From Cycas panzhihuaensis (taxonomy: Eukaryota; Plantae; Cycadophyta), in NCBI GenBank assembly GCA_023213395.1, contig CM041465.1, positions 170,755,741-170,819,740 on the forward strand: a stretch of 64,000 nucleotides of DNA, written 5' to 3'. The notes beneath the pieces are model-generated. The model had not been told where the DNA came from and did no database searches. It was given only the letters and a program-made list of their open reading frames with translations. Below are positions 25,112-38,713 of this stretch, piece after piece. The translations under genes and the position numbers were made by a program. Within the stretch, counting starts at the first letter, position 1. The number at the start of each line of letters is the position of its first letter.

Positions 25112-27215
25112 AATGGTGAGCATTCACCACATGTTAGAGAGTGTTATGATTCTCCATCATATGAGGTTAAGGTTAAGGATAAGGGAGTAGAGGATTAGTT
25201 AACATAAAGGTAGGAATATAATAATGTGGGGGTTAGTGTTATATACTCTCCACTCTATTGTAAAGGGAGGATATATGATGTTATATTAATGAATGTTCTT
25301 CAAAAATTACCTTCTCCTTTATCTCTTTTTTATCATTTCTCTTACTCTTTCTATAATATTAGTCATGTAGTAAGTGGTATTAGAGTTATTTTTTATTCAT
25401 ATAATAGTTAGGGATCCATTTTACTACAAGTGCCAAAATAGGACCAAATTTTTCCTTAATGTTATCACAGGTTGCTTGAAAAAGAAAAAAAAAGAGGAAT
25501 ATTTTTTTAAGGGTTTTTGGCATGTAAAAGTTTTACTCTTTAAGAGAATAAATGAAAGATTTTTTAAGGATCAATGGAGATTTTGAGATGGAAATGACCA
25601 TTCCATAAATTTTGAGTGGTCATAGTGCAAGTTTTGGTGAAACATTATAGAGATTTTAGTAGATTTAATTTTGTCATATTTTTCATCATTGTATTTTAAG
25701 GCTAAATCTACTACTTCAACTTCAAAGAGCCATAACTTTAGTTATAGATATCCAAATGACTTCAAAGTTTTTAAAATTTACTTTCTAATAGAAGTGCTTT
25801 GAATTGATTAGAGTTTGGAGAAAAGAATTATAGGAATTTTACTAGTAGGTACTATTATAGTCCCTAGAAACCCAAGTTGTGACTTTTCTCAAAGAGGTTA
25901 TAACTTTTAATCTAGATATTAGAATTTGATTCTATATGAAATTTTAGAATTGTATTTTAGATGCCATTATTTTATTATATATTTTTTATTTTTTAAGTTA
26001 TATTTTTTTAGTATTAAAATTTTAAAGTTAAAGATTTCATATTATACTTTCTTGGTTGTTTAAACTTTGATTACAAACCATTACTCTTGAGTCCTAATAT
26101 TTATTATTTATATAAAAAATTAGGGATAAATAGCTATAAGCAACCCCTAATATATCTCACATGCATATTATCATAGCTACAAAAAGGCCAATACCACACA
26201 TATTTAATGAAGATAATACTCTTTTTATAGATGATTGGGCTACAGATATACATGTATATTTAAAATCACTTAATGATGACTATAGGAATAAAAGAGAGAT
26301 GATTAAAGTAGCCTCATTATATCTATAATGAGATACTTACCTTTGGTTTAAGGAGTGATATAGATCTATTTTATTAAATTATTTTAGCTGGATAGCATTA
26401 GTTATCTGTGTAAAATATAATACTTCTTGGTGACAAAAGATTCAAAGCCTTGAGAAGGAGAAAAAGAACCTTAACAAATACTTGAGAATTTTAATCAAAA
26501 TATGGGACAATAAATTTTTCCCATTCCACAAAGTTAAGAATAACAAAAGAATAAAGAAGGAGAAACTAAACATTAGAAACAAGTAGTAAAAGTCATTTGC
26601 CATTCCACACTACCAATCATAACCAAAGAAAAAGAAGAGAGCTACTCAGTGGGACCTTATTGACACCCATATTATCAAGAGACTCGACAGTGAAACACTC
26701 ATCATATAAAGTCCTCACAGACTGAGTACCCTAAACATGCACATCATTCAATCTTGAGGTTTCAAAGTCACAAAGATTCTAGATATGTTAAGATCTACTT
26801 AGGAAATATAGATACTTATTCCATGTGCATCTTTTTAACAAACTTTAATTGACCTATTGATTAGATAATAGTAGCAGGAGGCCACATGCATCAATGTATT
26901 AAGATGTTTCAAGGGTAAAGCATCTAAAGGAAAAGGGCATGTGGTGAGCCTTCACCATATCTTAGAAAGGGTTATGATCCTCCACCATATGAGGTTAATG
27001 TTAATGATAAGGAAGTGGAGGATTGGTTGACATAAAGTTAGGAATATAATAATATAGGGGTTGATGTTATATATACCCCACTCTATTGTAAAGGGAGGAT
27101 ATATAATGTTATGTTAATGAATGTTCTTTAAAATAAACCTTCTTCTTTATCTTCTTTTTATTATTTCTCTTCCCTTTTCTCTATCTTAAATGGTTATATG
27201 ATTAGTCATATAACA
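25112..27215 (+). mobile_element. Old non-autonomous LTR element H (~2.1 kb, probable gypsy deletion derivative), opposite in orientation to its Tat-like host
   Basis: LTRs ~25112-25372 and 26940-27215. PBS TGGTATTAGAG at 25375. PPT AAAGGAAAAGGG at ~26926. 'EATCIN..KGKASKGKG' resembles a chromovirus pol C-terminus. TSD degraded. Confidence 0.85.
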
Positions 27216-29700
27216 CCTCCTCCCTCACTAGTTATGTTGTTGGGTCAATTTCTTTAGAGCATCGTGGCTTAGAAAAGGATCCTAGTGGATCGACTAGTCA
27301 AGTTTAGGTTTAGAAGTAGGTTGTGAAGAGGGGTCTATAAGAGGTCCTTGCTTAAGGTACTAGGTCTAATAATGAGTGTTGTCATGGGAACAATGGCCAT
27401 GAACAACATACCATTACCTCTTAAGGAGGGGTTCAGATTTCCTTTTAGAGGTAGAGGTAGGATTGCTCCCTTTGGGTTGAGCTATTGTTTAGGTAGTTTG
27501 ATGAGAAAGCTTATAACTATGAGAGGGAGTAGGCTGCTTAGGTGGAGACTAGGTTGGTTGAAGATTGAGATATTTAATAACTTGCTCAAATGAGTAAACT
27601 ATTAAAATATGGTATGAAAAAAATATGTTCTCATATTGATTGTAAGATAAACTACCCAATCATAGTTCTAAGATTTATAATACATTGTTATGCCATGTTA
27701 AGAATTGATACATTAGTTAAACTATGATATCAGATCATAAGGATATATATACATACATTATACAATATAAGGCATAAAACATAATCAACATGCATAATCA
27801 TCACCATAAGACACTAGATATAAATGTGAAAAACCCAAACTAGGGAAAAATCATGCAAAAAGGTTGGAGGCTACTTTCACTCTATTAATTACATAATAAA
27901 GTACACCAATTCCACTCTCAAGTTTCTCAAGTAGGTTTGTATATATTTATAGGACAATCCAACTCATATGAAGCTTATCACATTTTAAAGCTTATTCACC
28001 TTCCAATGGGGGGTTATTATTAATAATTATACCTTTGTCACATTAACCAATGTTATTATATGGGAGCACATTAAACTTTATACATGTGAATAATACCACA
28101 TATTCCAACACAACAGATTGAGGTGAGTGAGTCTATAGTTTTATTAGCATTTCCAACAAGAGGCCTAGGAGCCAAAGATTGTGGCCTTTGATCTCATAGA
28201 GGTGTGAATGCTTAATGATAAGGGGGAGGTCTATTAAACATTTTTAGACTAACTTGGATCTCAATGGACTTGAGGGTTAAGCATTTCATAATGGCTAAGT
28301 CATATATTTTTGTATCTATTTTAAGTACTTCAACATGAACCTATGGGTAAAAGGCATTAATGAAGATGTCATGTTTCAAACCCTTGGCTAGCGTGGTCTT
28401 AAAGGAATGGAGAATATTATAAAATCTATCAATGAAATCTTGATTGAACTCATCTTTATATTATTTCATAAAGAAAAGGGATTTATCCCCATTCTTAAAA
28501 GGGTAGGTAACATTGAAATAGTTTAAAAAGGTGTTAACTACCTATTGGAAGCAAATAATAGAGTGGGTCGAGAGGTAATAAATCCATTTTAGAGCATCTC
28601 CTTAAAGAGATATTATGAATAACTTCATCAAAATGTGGTCATAAGCCTAGTAATCAATGCATACCATGGAAAATACTTTAATATAATCAATGAGGTCCTG
28701 AGATGCAGTGTGTTTAAACTTAGGCACTTTGAGAGGGTGGGGAGGCAAATTTATCCTTAAGGCTTCAAGAGAAAAGGGATTGGTCTTATAGTTAATGAAG
28801 GGGCATACCCCATGCTGAGCTAAAGGACTAAGAGGTGGATAAGGAGGTTGGGGTGGATAAATAAGTTGAGATCAAGGGGTCCCATAAGAGGTATACCCTT
28901 GTTGGTGGGGTGGATATTGGGGAGTAGATTAAGGAATTCCCCCAACCACATATGATGGTACTATTTAAGGATAGAGGCAATGACCATGAATTGGTAGGTG
29001 AGGATAGCCTAAGGTACCATATAGAGGGTATTAGTAGGATGGGTCACCCTGAGTTATGGCTCCCCTAAGACCAACAATATAAGGTGGGATAAATGGGGGA
29101 ATAAGTGGAGCTTGGTAAACTTAGATAAATGGGACTTAGTAAGTAGGGGTTAGCTAGGTCATCTCAACTCGATAGGGGAGGGTAGAATATGATGAAGGAT
29201 AGGGAAATGATTTCTACCCAAATGGGCCTCGTACTAAAGAGGCAACCCCATATGGGTAAGGGTGATCAACTCCATACACAATCAAAGGGTGAGGTCCACC
29301 TGCTCCCACTATCAAATAGTATAACTAAGTGGGATATAAGTGGACGAATTAGGTTGGTAAGGGTGAGGAGAAGGATGAGTGAATCCACCTAATCTATTAT
29401 AATGAGGATGAGGTAGGAATGGAGGGATGAAAGGAAGAATCTAAGTAGCACTTAATTGGGGAAGCTAGTAGATGGGTAAACTAAAAGTGGAATAAAAGGC
29501 CCAAGTTAGGATAACATTTAAGAAGGCTAAATAATCTCCCTAGATGAAGAATCAATAGACGAAGCCATTATAAGCAAAAGCTAGGTAGGTGGAGGGGTAT
29601 ACTAAGTAATGTTTTGGGGCATGGGTTAAGGTAAGATGGATAAGGACAAAGATGGGATAGGTATAAAGGAAGTAGGGGTACTAGATACCAAATGATAAGC
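27216..29700 (-). pseudogene. Tat/Ogre-like gag remnant with Pro-rich N-terminal part (split by a solo LTR)
   Basis: Minus strand reads as decayed retrotransposon gag (e.g. 'LKVPKFKH..DLIDYIKVF' ~28670-28735). The Pro-rich, C-rich minus strand at 28800-29700 fits a gag N-terminus. Confidence 0.6.
27600..28110. mobile_element. Solo LTR (~510 bp)
   Basis: Degenerate inverted termini TATTAAAATATGG.. / ..CCACATATTCCAACA. Contains the block 'CATCACCATAAGACACTAG..GAAAAACCC' also present in the solo LTR at 44965-45436. Interrupts Tat gag. TSD imperfect. Confidence 0.7.
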
Positions 29701-30416
29701 CCAAGAAGGGGTAGATTCATTAATAACTATTTCAAATTAGGCCCTTAAGGTGACCATAGTATCCTAAGTTATATTTTGAGTCTAAAACAGGTCTACAACA
29801 TACTCACCACCCTAGGATTGATCAAATGAAAAGGTTTAAGCTAATTTCTTATGAATCTAAGAGGGATCATGGGGCTAAATAGCTCTAATCATGTGGGTAG
29901 GGGAGTTAAAAGGGTTTTGATAGAACCCTTCAACATCATAAGCCTAATAGGTAGAGTCCACACTCTCTTAATATGGTTGGTAAGGGGGATAAGGCTCAAC
30001 ATTTTAGGACTAATCTTAATTATACCCTGGTAGGGGTCTTATGCTTGATAAGGGTCCTAGGAAGGGTACAAAGGCTAAGGTTGAAAGGGGTCCTAGGACC
30101 ACTTATGAGGGATCTAGCCTACCATGGAAGATAATTGGTCAAGTAAAGGAACAAGTAGAGGAATAAAAATGGACCCTAATAGAGGAAGGCCTTAAAGATT
30201 GTGAGAGAATCATCACATATAAGAGGAGAAAGGAGAAGAAAAGAAAGACAAATAAGAAGTGAAGGGTGATGTACACCAAAGTCCTAAAAACAAGGGGGAA
30301 TATGTAAATAATCCCTATACATACTAGAATAGAATGACACCCTAACTCAAAGGGCTAAAGTGAAGGAATGAGGAGGGTAAGGGCAAAGTAATGTAAAACC
30401 TACACCATACTAACAT

Positions 30417-30435
30417 GTCCCCAGTATGGTTGCTA
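30417..30435 (-). promoter_or_regulatory. Degenerate primer-binding site (tRNA-Arg type)
   Basis: Minus strand TAGCAACCATACTGGGGAC versus the Tat/Ogre-type TGGCGACTCCACTGGGGAC (14/19 match). Confidence 0.6.
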
Positions 30436-30436
30436 A

Positions 30437-33255
30437 TGAATATAGATAAGTAGGAAAATAGAATGGATAAATGTGGCTTTGGGGAAAGTCCCTAGGGTGA
30501 GGAGGATCTAAGAGAAGGAGGGCGCAAACACATTCCTCTTGTAGGGCACTTATACATCTTATATACACAATTGTAGAGTAAATGATTACTAATTTAGACT
30601 AGTTAGGGATTACGAGCAATGTATGTATATGTTATATATTAGGTATAGATCAAATAGATAATGATTAAGTGTAAAGTATCCATTAATAGAAGAAAAAAAA
30701 AGGGGGCAATATAGATAGGAAAATGAGAAACAAGTGTGCAATAAATGACAAAGATGTGTTAAATATGAATATTAGTCAATGCCAAGATAAAATCAATTAA
30801 CCTAGCTAACATCCTTAGAAGCCCTAAATAACATAGAGAATCCTTGGTAGTATAAGGAGGTCGATTAAGCATAAGTGGTTATAACATATATAAAATCTAT
30901 GTGCCTAATCTAAGGAATCTATGACCCCTAGGCTATTAAACTATCCTAACCTTCCCAACTCTAATTCGACTTAAATGATGGACTCAATATAAAAGAGTAA
31001 GGAAAGAATAGCCCAAAGTAAGAGACTTGAAGGAATCAAGACTATAACATAGATATGCTTATGGATAGGTTAGTGGGTACTCGTTAATACTAGCAATGAT
31101 TCTTACATGAATTTAGGAGTGCCCTAACAATGCTTGTATTTGATTCTAGCAAGCCTCAAGCTCTACGAGGGTGGCTCTTAATGGGAGAGATGAAGTTCAC
31201 TTGAGTGTCTACATCCTACATGTTAGTATGTGGTAAGGATGGGAGCCCTTTAACTACCTATTTAGAAAATAGATTAGAGATTTATACCTAAAGGCACAAG
31301 TAGATTCCTCTCAACTAGTAATGATACCTAATAGAGAGAAAATTAGTCTCCCTCTTTAGTAAAAAGAAGGACCCTACTTTAAAGAGGCTAAATAAGTACT
31401 GAGCAAAGTCCTAATATAATTATTATGTAATTTAGTCTAAATACAATTAGTAGCAAATCCTAAACATCAAAAAATATCTATAGCCCCATAGATTTAAGGA
31501 CATATGAGAAGTGTGACCCTATACTTCATTAGGCCTTTGAACACAAAACACATCACTAAATAAGGAATGTAAAGTGTAATGTAAGATTTAAACTAAAACA
31601 CATTCCTATCATCCCCTTCTTTCATATTTTCCTTTTCTCTTTTTAAATTAGAACATGGAACCTATGAGTAAGGCAAGAAAAGGAGATAAACAAGAATACA
31701 CAAGTATCCAAGTAGGCCAGCAATCCCCTACCCTTTTTGCTTTTGAAATGAAACTATGAAATAAATCTTGTTCTACTTTAAAATTTAAAAAAAAAATATT
31801 ATCTTAGGAGGGGTTTAGTAAAAAGCACCTAACAAATCACATAAACACACCATTTTTTTATATTTTTTAGTAATTTCTTTAGATGCCAAATTGCTAAACA
31901 AGCTAGAAACCATGTTAGTTGAGCATATGGCTATAAGACTAGATTTTTAGAAAAAAAAAATGATAGAATTTTTGCTTGTCAAATTGTTGTATGACACAAA
32001 AGGGTTTGTAAAGTAAAGGTAAATATGGTGAAAATCACAATTTAAAAGTTTAATGTACCTTGTATTAGTAGCTTGTGGAAAATATTCAGCAACATTTCAG
32101 CTATGCAATAGACACTCAAATTTGTTGAACAGGAGATTGAGAGAGAATGGGAGGAAAGAACTCTAATTCAATCTAAAATTCTCTTGAAACCTATAATAAA
32201 ACTATAGTTCTTCCACCTACAAAAGAACTAATGACATGCACTAATATCTACAATATAGAAGATAAACAAAAAACTAAAATATCAACTAATAAGCATGCAA
32301 ACTATATAGTTGATAAGATAAGGGAAGGGAGGACTAAGAAATATCAAAAAGTACCCTTCATATAATGATCTACTAAGCAAACATTTCCCTTTGCAAGGTT
32401 ACTTAACATATGGACAAGAAAAAAATAACTACAATGAAGGCTACACAACTAGCAACAAAGTGACATTAAAGATGAAAATGAGGGAATGTAAAGCAATACT
32501 CCATAAACCAAAAGAAAGCAAATAAAACCTTGGAATAAAAATACTAACCAGAGTGATGGGGGGATTACTTGATAAAGATGATTACTCCAACACCATTAGC
32601 TAGCAATTTTAAGTCTAAGGTAGATGCTAAGAGGAGGTTGAGTGAACATATTATTGTTTCTAATAGGATTTCAATAGTATAATAATAGTTTCATAATGGT
32701 TATCTTGACTCCCCTTCTCATAGAGAAAGAGGAGGCTTTTCATAGGCATGGGAGAAGGGCTAAGCCCATGGTTTTATGTCCATACGATGGGATGAAACTA
32801 TAGGACCAAATCCATAGGTAATTACCTACTAATTTGGCCCAATACTATGGGATCCATGGTTTTTCGATGTGACATGGTCCATAGTTTTAATGAAACTAAT
32901 GGGCCATCCCTAGTTGACCTTGGCATTAAATTTGGCTTACATTTGGGTTCCATAAATGGATGACCAAATGGGAGCCTTAAAAAATAATAATAACTTTAAA
33001 AATGGGTACTATGAAGGATTTTTATGGTACCATAAACTACTAGTAAATGCATGCTTATTGGGCAAAAAATAAGGAAAAACAATCACCACAAAATATGGGA
33101 TCCAAAAAAGAAAGTAAAACAATCTAAAAAGAAAGTAAGATAAGGAGAAATTTAAAGAAAATAAGGTAAAATAGATAAGAACAAAACTAATTGAGTATAG
33201 CAGGATAAAGAAGGGTACAAGCAAAGTGACAAAGAGGTAAATGGTGTCTTATACA
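30437..33255 (-). repeat. Putative ~2.8-kb 5' LTR of the Tat/Ogre-like element
   Basis: Begins (minus) TGTATAAGACACC at 33255 and ends ..ATTCA at 30437, just before the PBS-like TAGCAACCATACTGGGGAC. Shares sequence blocks with 42700-42870. The partner LTR is outside the window, so this is unverified. Confidence 0.5.
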
Positions 33256-33296
33256 GGTACTAAGCAATCTTTCTCAACTTGATGAGCTCTAAGGGA

Positions 33297-36200
33297 TGAA
33301 GAGAAAATATAAACCATAGAAGTAATATGATAACAGAACTTTAAACTATACAAAGAGCAAATATCATAAACAAGCTAAGCACACAATAAAGAACACTAGG
33401 AGATTTAGGTCTAAGCATAGACCTTTTTATTAATCTAAGCAATAACTAAAGAACTATAAAGATGAAGAAACCCCAACTCTTCTCATTGACTCATCAAAGA
33501 TTCATCCAACACCATGTTATATGTATTGTTACATAAGAATATATAGACACAACATTACAAGGTACTACCTTGTTGTTTTATAATACAATGGGCATAAACC
33601 ACGTGCCGATAAAGACCCCTATAAGACACTAAAAAAAAATTCTCAAGGGCTCCCACCCCTGAATCCCCACCTTGGGGGTCATTGGCCCCCTAGACCCCCC
33701 AACTAGGGGCCCTACAATGGGTCCCCAGACCCCATGATTGTAACACCTATACCCATGTAACACTTGCAAAGTGTTCAACATATCTAATAATCTCCCACTT
33801 GTTGAACACTTTATAAGAAACCTGCATATATAACTACTTAATGTTAAAATCACAAACACCCATTACATTTCTACACCATCTAAATTTTTTTGTGCTGACA
33901 ATCTTGGTCAATGAGTCTATAGAATTCTCTTATGTAGTAATCTTTTACAAATCCACCTTATGATCTTAAACCATTTCTCTCACAAAATAGAACTACATGT
34001 CAGTATGCTTCAACTGAGCATGAAAAATGGGATTCTTTATTAGGTAGATTACACTTTAACTCTCATAATCTATCCTCATAGCTACTATATACTCTACTTC
34101 TATGCTAGAAAGTACCAAAACTTGTTGTCTTTTACTCATCCAACTGACTATGCCACCACAAAGTGTAAAAATATACCCACTTGTAGATCTTCTACTATCA
34201 AGATCTCTAGCCCAATCAGTATCAACAAAACCTCTCAGGCTCACTATTCTACTCTCCATGGGATCTCCTTGATAGTAAATTCCATAGTTTGATGTACCTC
34301 GTAAATACCTAAAAATCCTTTTCATAGCTACCTAATGCTCCCTACCTAGGTTTGACATATACCTACTAACTACTCCCACTGCATGGGTAATGTCTGGTCA
34401 AGTACAAACCATCACATACATTAGGGTACTAACAACACTAGTATAAGGGACAAATGCCATGTCTTCAACTTCTTGGTGAATCTTTGGATATTGTTCAACT
34501 GATAATTTTAAACAAATATGAAGAGGAATATTAACTAGTTTACTATCCTGCAACATGAACTACTGTAATACTGTCTTAATGTATGATCTTTGGCTAAGCT
34601 AAATCTTCCTATTTCTCCTATCCCTTTTAATCTCAATGCCCAAAATAAAATGTGCAACACCAAGGTCCTTCATCTCAAAATGAGATGCTAGTTGGCCTTT
34701 TACAAGTTGTTTTATTTCTTTATTGTTACTAACTAAAAGGATGTCATTAACATATAAAGCTAGAATAACAAAATGATTACCAACCTACTTATAATAAATA
34801 CAATGATCTGCTTTGCTATGTACAAAGCCATCTACCAGCATATGTGAAACAAACTTCTAATACCACATCCTTGGTGACTATTTCAAGCCATATAATAACT
34901 TCTTCAACCTATACACCATATTCTCCTTCCCTACAACTTTAAATTATTCAAGCTATAATATATAAATTTCTTCCTTGAGGTCACCTTGAAGAAATATAGT
35001 TTTTACATCCATTTAATCCACCTCAAGGTCATAGGTAGCTACTATATCTAATAAAAGTCTAATTGAAGCAACTTTTATAATAGGAGAAAATACCTCACAA
35101 AAATCTATTCCCTTAACCTAGGAATAACCCTTTACTACTAAGTGGACCTTGTACTTTTTTATAGTACCATCTGCCTAAAACTTCTTCTTAAAGATCCATT
35201 TGTTATTAATAGGTTTTCTGCCATTAGGTAGATCCACCAAATCCTATGTGTTATTTTAGTCCAAGGCTATTATTTCTTCTTGCATGGCCTTCATCTAGAG
35301 TTGGCTCTCTTTCGATTTTAGAGCCTCCTAAGTAGTACCTGGATTATCATCTATGGTAGATAAAACAAAAGAGGAGCAATGAAAGTCTTTAAGAATATAC
35401 ATGTTAGGTTGTCTTCTCTCGTGAGTTGATCTCCTTAGGATGTGAGATTCTTGAGCTTGAGCTGCCTCTATAGCTAGTCCTTTCTCTTTAGTTGACTCAT
35501 ATTCTGATGTAGAATCTTTATCCCTTACCTCAAATTTACCTTGTTAGAGTCTTCCTCCTTTGGTTTTTCATCCTGCTTTAGAGACTTAAACTTCTATTTA
35601 AAGATAAAATCATGGCTATATACAAATTGTTGTGTTTTAAGGTTATAAAGCTTGTACCCTTTAACACTATCACCATAGCTAATGAAAATAGTCTTTTATA
35701 CTTTGAAATCGAGCTTAGTCCTTTTCTATTTAGGAACATGCAAAAAGGCTTCACAACCAAAAACTCTAAGATGACCAAGAGGTGGTTTCTTACCAAACCA
35801 TACTTCTTTAAGTGTTCTATACACTAAGGAAGTTGTTAGTGTTCTATTTATTAAATAGCTCATAGTCATCATAGTCTCAACCTTGAATTTCTTTTCTAAT
35901 CTAGCAACACTAAGCATACTACTTGATCTCTCCAATAAGGTCCTATTCATCCTTTCAACAAATCCATTATATTATGGTGTATAGAGAATTGTCTTTTGCC
36001 TTGCTATCCCACACTACTTACAGAACTACTCAAACTCCTTTGAACAAAACTCTCCTCTATTATTAGTCCTCAGTACCTTAGTCTTTCTATCACTCTGATT
36101 CTCGACTAAGGCCTTGAATTCTTTGAATTTATTGAAGACTTCAGATTTCTACCTAAGAAAGTACAACCATATCTTTCTCAAGAAATCATCTATGAATGAG

Positions 36201-38231
36201 ATAAAGTATTTGGACCCACCCAATGAGGATACATCAACAGGTCTAAAAACATTATTATAAACCAATTGTAGAATACCCTTTGCTCTCTTTGAGCTTAAAG
36301 GAAAACTAACCTGATTCTATTTACCATACACACAATGCTCACAGAAATCAAAATCAAAGAAGTCATTAATTCTATAGATGTCTTCTACCATACCTTTAGA
36401 GAATAAATCATGGAGGCCTTTCTATCTAATATAGCCTAATCTCTGATGCCACAAAATAGTTTTACCAATAGGTGATATTTGAGTTGTTCCTGCATTATTA
36501 CTATTTTCTATAACAGCCATACTATAACTTCTAGCATACACCATGCTTATATCAAGCTTATATAGTGTTCTAAATTAAACCCTTCTTGCTAACACCAATG
36601 ATCCTTGAACTATTCTACAACTGTTTTTATTGAAAATCATTTCTATTCCTACATAACCCAATTGACTAACAGATAATAAACTCATAGCTAAACTAGGAAT
36701 ATGACTTATATCAGGGATAGTTTTAATCCTTCAATCTCTAAATTGAACCTTCTCCTTTCATGACCCACAATTTATATGGATAATGATCCCTAAGAAATAC
36801 TTCATCTCCATCAATACTTGTATATTCATAAAACCACTCCCTATAAGAAATAACATGAAGCAAAGTACTAGATTCAATTAACTAAGAATCAACATTTGAC
36901 AACTTACTTGAGCTTGTTAAATAAACATCACCATCAGCTTTATCAAAGGCTTTTACTACCATGGAGGAAGTAGCTTCAGGTGATTTTCCCTTATCAACCT
37001 TGAATTAACATTAGATCTTTATATGGCTAGCCTTCCCACATCTCCAACATATGAAGGGATCTCTACCTGAAGATTTAGATTTTCCTCTAGATTTTGGCTA
37101 TCTATTCTTAGGCCTTTGTTGATCGTGATCCAACATTCAACCTCTCACTGCTAATGCTTCTTTTGAATAATCCTCAATAGATTTTTGCCTTGCCTCTTCT
37201 AATAACAGAGCAGTAATAACATCATCAAATTTTAGGGTGGGACTAATTATTCTGCTAATCATCATCACAAGATTATCCTATGAATTAGGAAGTGAATATA
37301 ACAGGATAATACACTTATCTTTTTAAGACATTATTATCCCAACTAAAATAAGCTAGCTCACCATGATGTTAAATATAGTGAAATGATTTGCAACTATATC
37401 TCTATCACTCATCTTGAGTGAATATAATTTTTTTCAAAGAAATGGATTATTAATTAGGGACTGAGTCTGACACAAAGCCTTTAACTTTTTCCATAGATCT
37501 TTGGCTGCAGACTCTATGGCAACATTCAATAACACCATGTTTAAAAGGCATAACCTTATCAAACTAATTACCTTTCGATCAATCTTCTTCCAGTCTTCAT
37601 CACCCATAGTCAAAGGCTTTGTTTTTACTACAATGATCCACTAATCCTTCTCGACGAGGATATCCTCCATCTTTAGCTGCTACAACTCAAAGTTCTAGCC
37701 ATTAAACTTTTTAATCTCCATCTTTATAGTGCTTGCCATGATCTTCATACTCAAGTTCACTAAATAAGACTCCTACTTACCAAATGGATTTCCACAGAAC
37801 CAAAACCCTTAGCTCTGATACCAAATAAAGAGAAAATATAACTGCAACAGAAATGTAATAACAGAACTTTAAACCATGTAAAGAACAAATAGTATAAACA
37901 AGCTAAGAACACAATAATGAACACTTAGAGATTCAGGTCTAAGCATAGATCTTTTATTAATCTGAGCAACAGTTAAAAAATTATAAAGATGAACAAACCC
38001 CAACTCTTCTCATTGACTCATTAAAGACTCATCCAATACCATGTTACATGTGCCATTACATAAGAATATATAGACACAACATTACAAGATACCACCTTGT
38101 GATTTTACAATACAATGGGCATAAACCACGTGCTGATAAAGACCCCTATAAAATACCTAGACCCCACAAAGGGGCTCAAGTGTAATGCCTATACTAGTGT
38201 AACACTTAAAAAGTATTCGATATATCTAACA
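33297..38231 (-). mobile_element. Ty1/copia element I (Tork/Tnt1-like), near full length
   Basis: LTRs 33297-33789 and 37826-38231. Perfect TSD AGGGA (33292-33296 / 38232-38236). PBS GCTCTGATACCA on + at 37812-37823. PPT ATCTCCCACTT on + at 33790-33800. Confidence 0.96.
33870..37739 (-). pseudogene. Copia I gag-pol pseudogene
   Basis: Starts MASTIKMEIKKFNG*NFEL*QLKMEDIL. Integrase 'MNRTLLERSSSMLSVARLEKKF'. RT/RH 'KRIFRYLRGT..GFVDTDWARDLDSRRSTSGYIF'. Confidence 0.93.
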
Positions 38232-38390
38232 AGGGATGATAAAACATCCAATAACCATGGTCAAACTCATCATCGACAAAGGGAATAATTAGATCATCTA
38301 ATAAATCAACATGTAAACTCAAGCATACACTCATAAAACAACTAACCTAAGCTATACCAAGTTATGCTAAGTAAAGGATAACTATGTACC

Positions 38391-38713
38391 TATCACAGGT
38401 TGTTGTTACACCAAAAGCCCTAAGGTGATTCGGGAAGAGGACTTCCTCGTGATAGTTAGCGTCACGCACTCCAATACTCCCCTGTCATGAGGAGTCGGTT
38501 GTACCTACGCAGCATGCATGTCCACCATGGCATTCCTCGGCAGACCCACCAACGCCTTCACATATGTCTGGGTGCGCTACCATAGTACATAGGACCGATT
38601 TTGAACCCTGGCCACTCTGATACGACTTGTCACAAGTTGCCATTACACCAAAATCCCCAGGGTGTTTTGGGAAGAGGATTTCCTCATGATAGTTAGCATC
38701 ACGTGCTCCAATA
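38391..38713 (-). mobile_element. TRIM (terminal-repeat retrotransposon in miniature), 323 bp with 86-bp LTRs
   Basis: Direct repeats 38391-38476 and 38628-38713 (~15 mismatches). PBS (minus) TCGTATCAGAGTGGCC at 38610-38625. PPT (minus) TGACAGGGGAG at 38477-38487. TSD GTACC / GTAGC. Confidence 0.9.

Larger units (their letters stand above)
1..33255 (-). mobile_element. Degenerate Tat/Ogre-like Ty3/gypsy LTR retrotransposon (outermost host; 3' end lies left of the window), interrupted by insertions at 2109-20245, 25112-27215 and 27600-28110
   Basis: Minus-strand RT 'MPFNLKNIGVTYQRTM..IFHD..VLVDDLL' (22393-22644, Tat-type MPFGLKNAGATYQR). Integrase 'GFYWPTLFRDAHAYVKKCRICQ..PWSFSQWG' (21109-21399). 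Protease-region 'INIDNDSSIN' (~24450-24660). Gag remnants ~28200-28800. Degenerate tRNA-Arg-type PBS at 30417-30435. Removing the copia at TSD ATGAT joins 1-2108 to 20251. Confidence 0.8.

Noticed and set aside
37805-37825. tRNA gene
   Set aside because: Only the 12-nt match to the tRNA-iMet 3' end, which is a PBS; no cloverleaf.
38420-38455. TRIM LTR as a 5S rRNA-derived Cassandra element
   Set aside because: Only ~10-nt resemblance to the 5S 3' region (GGAAGTCCTC on the minus strand; GGGAAG..TCCTCGTG on the plus strand). No A-box (AGTTAAGCGTGC), and the LTR is too short.
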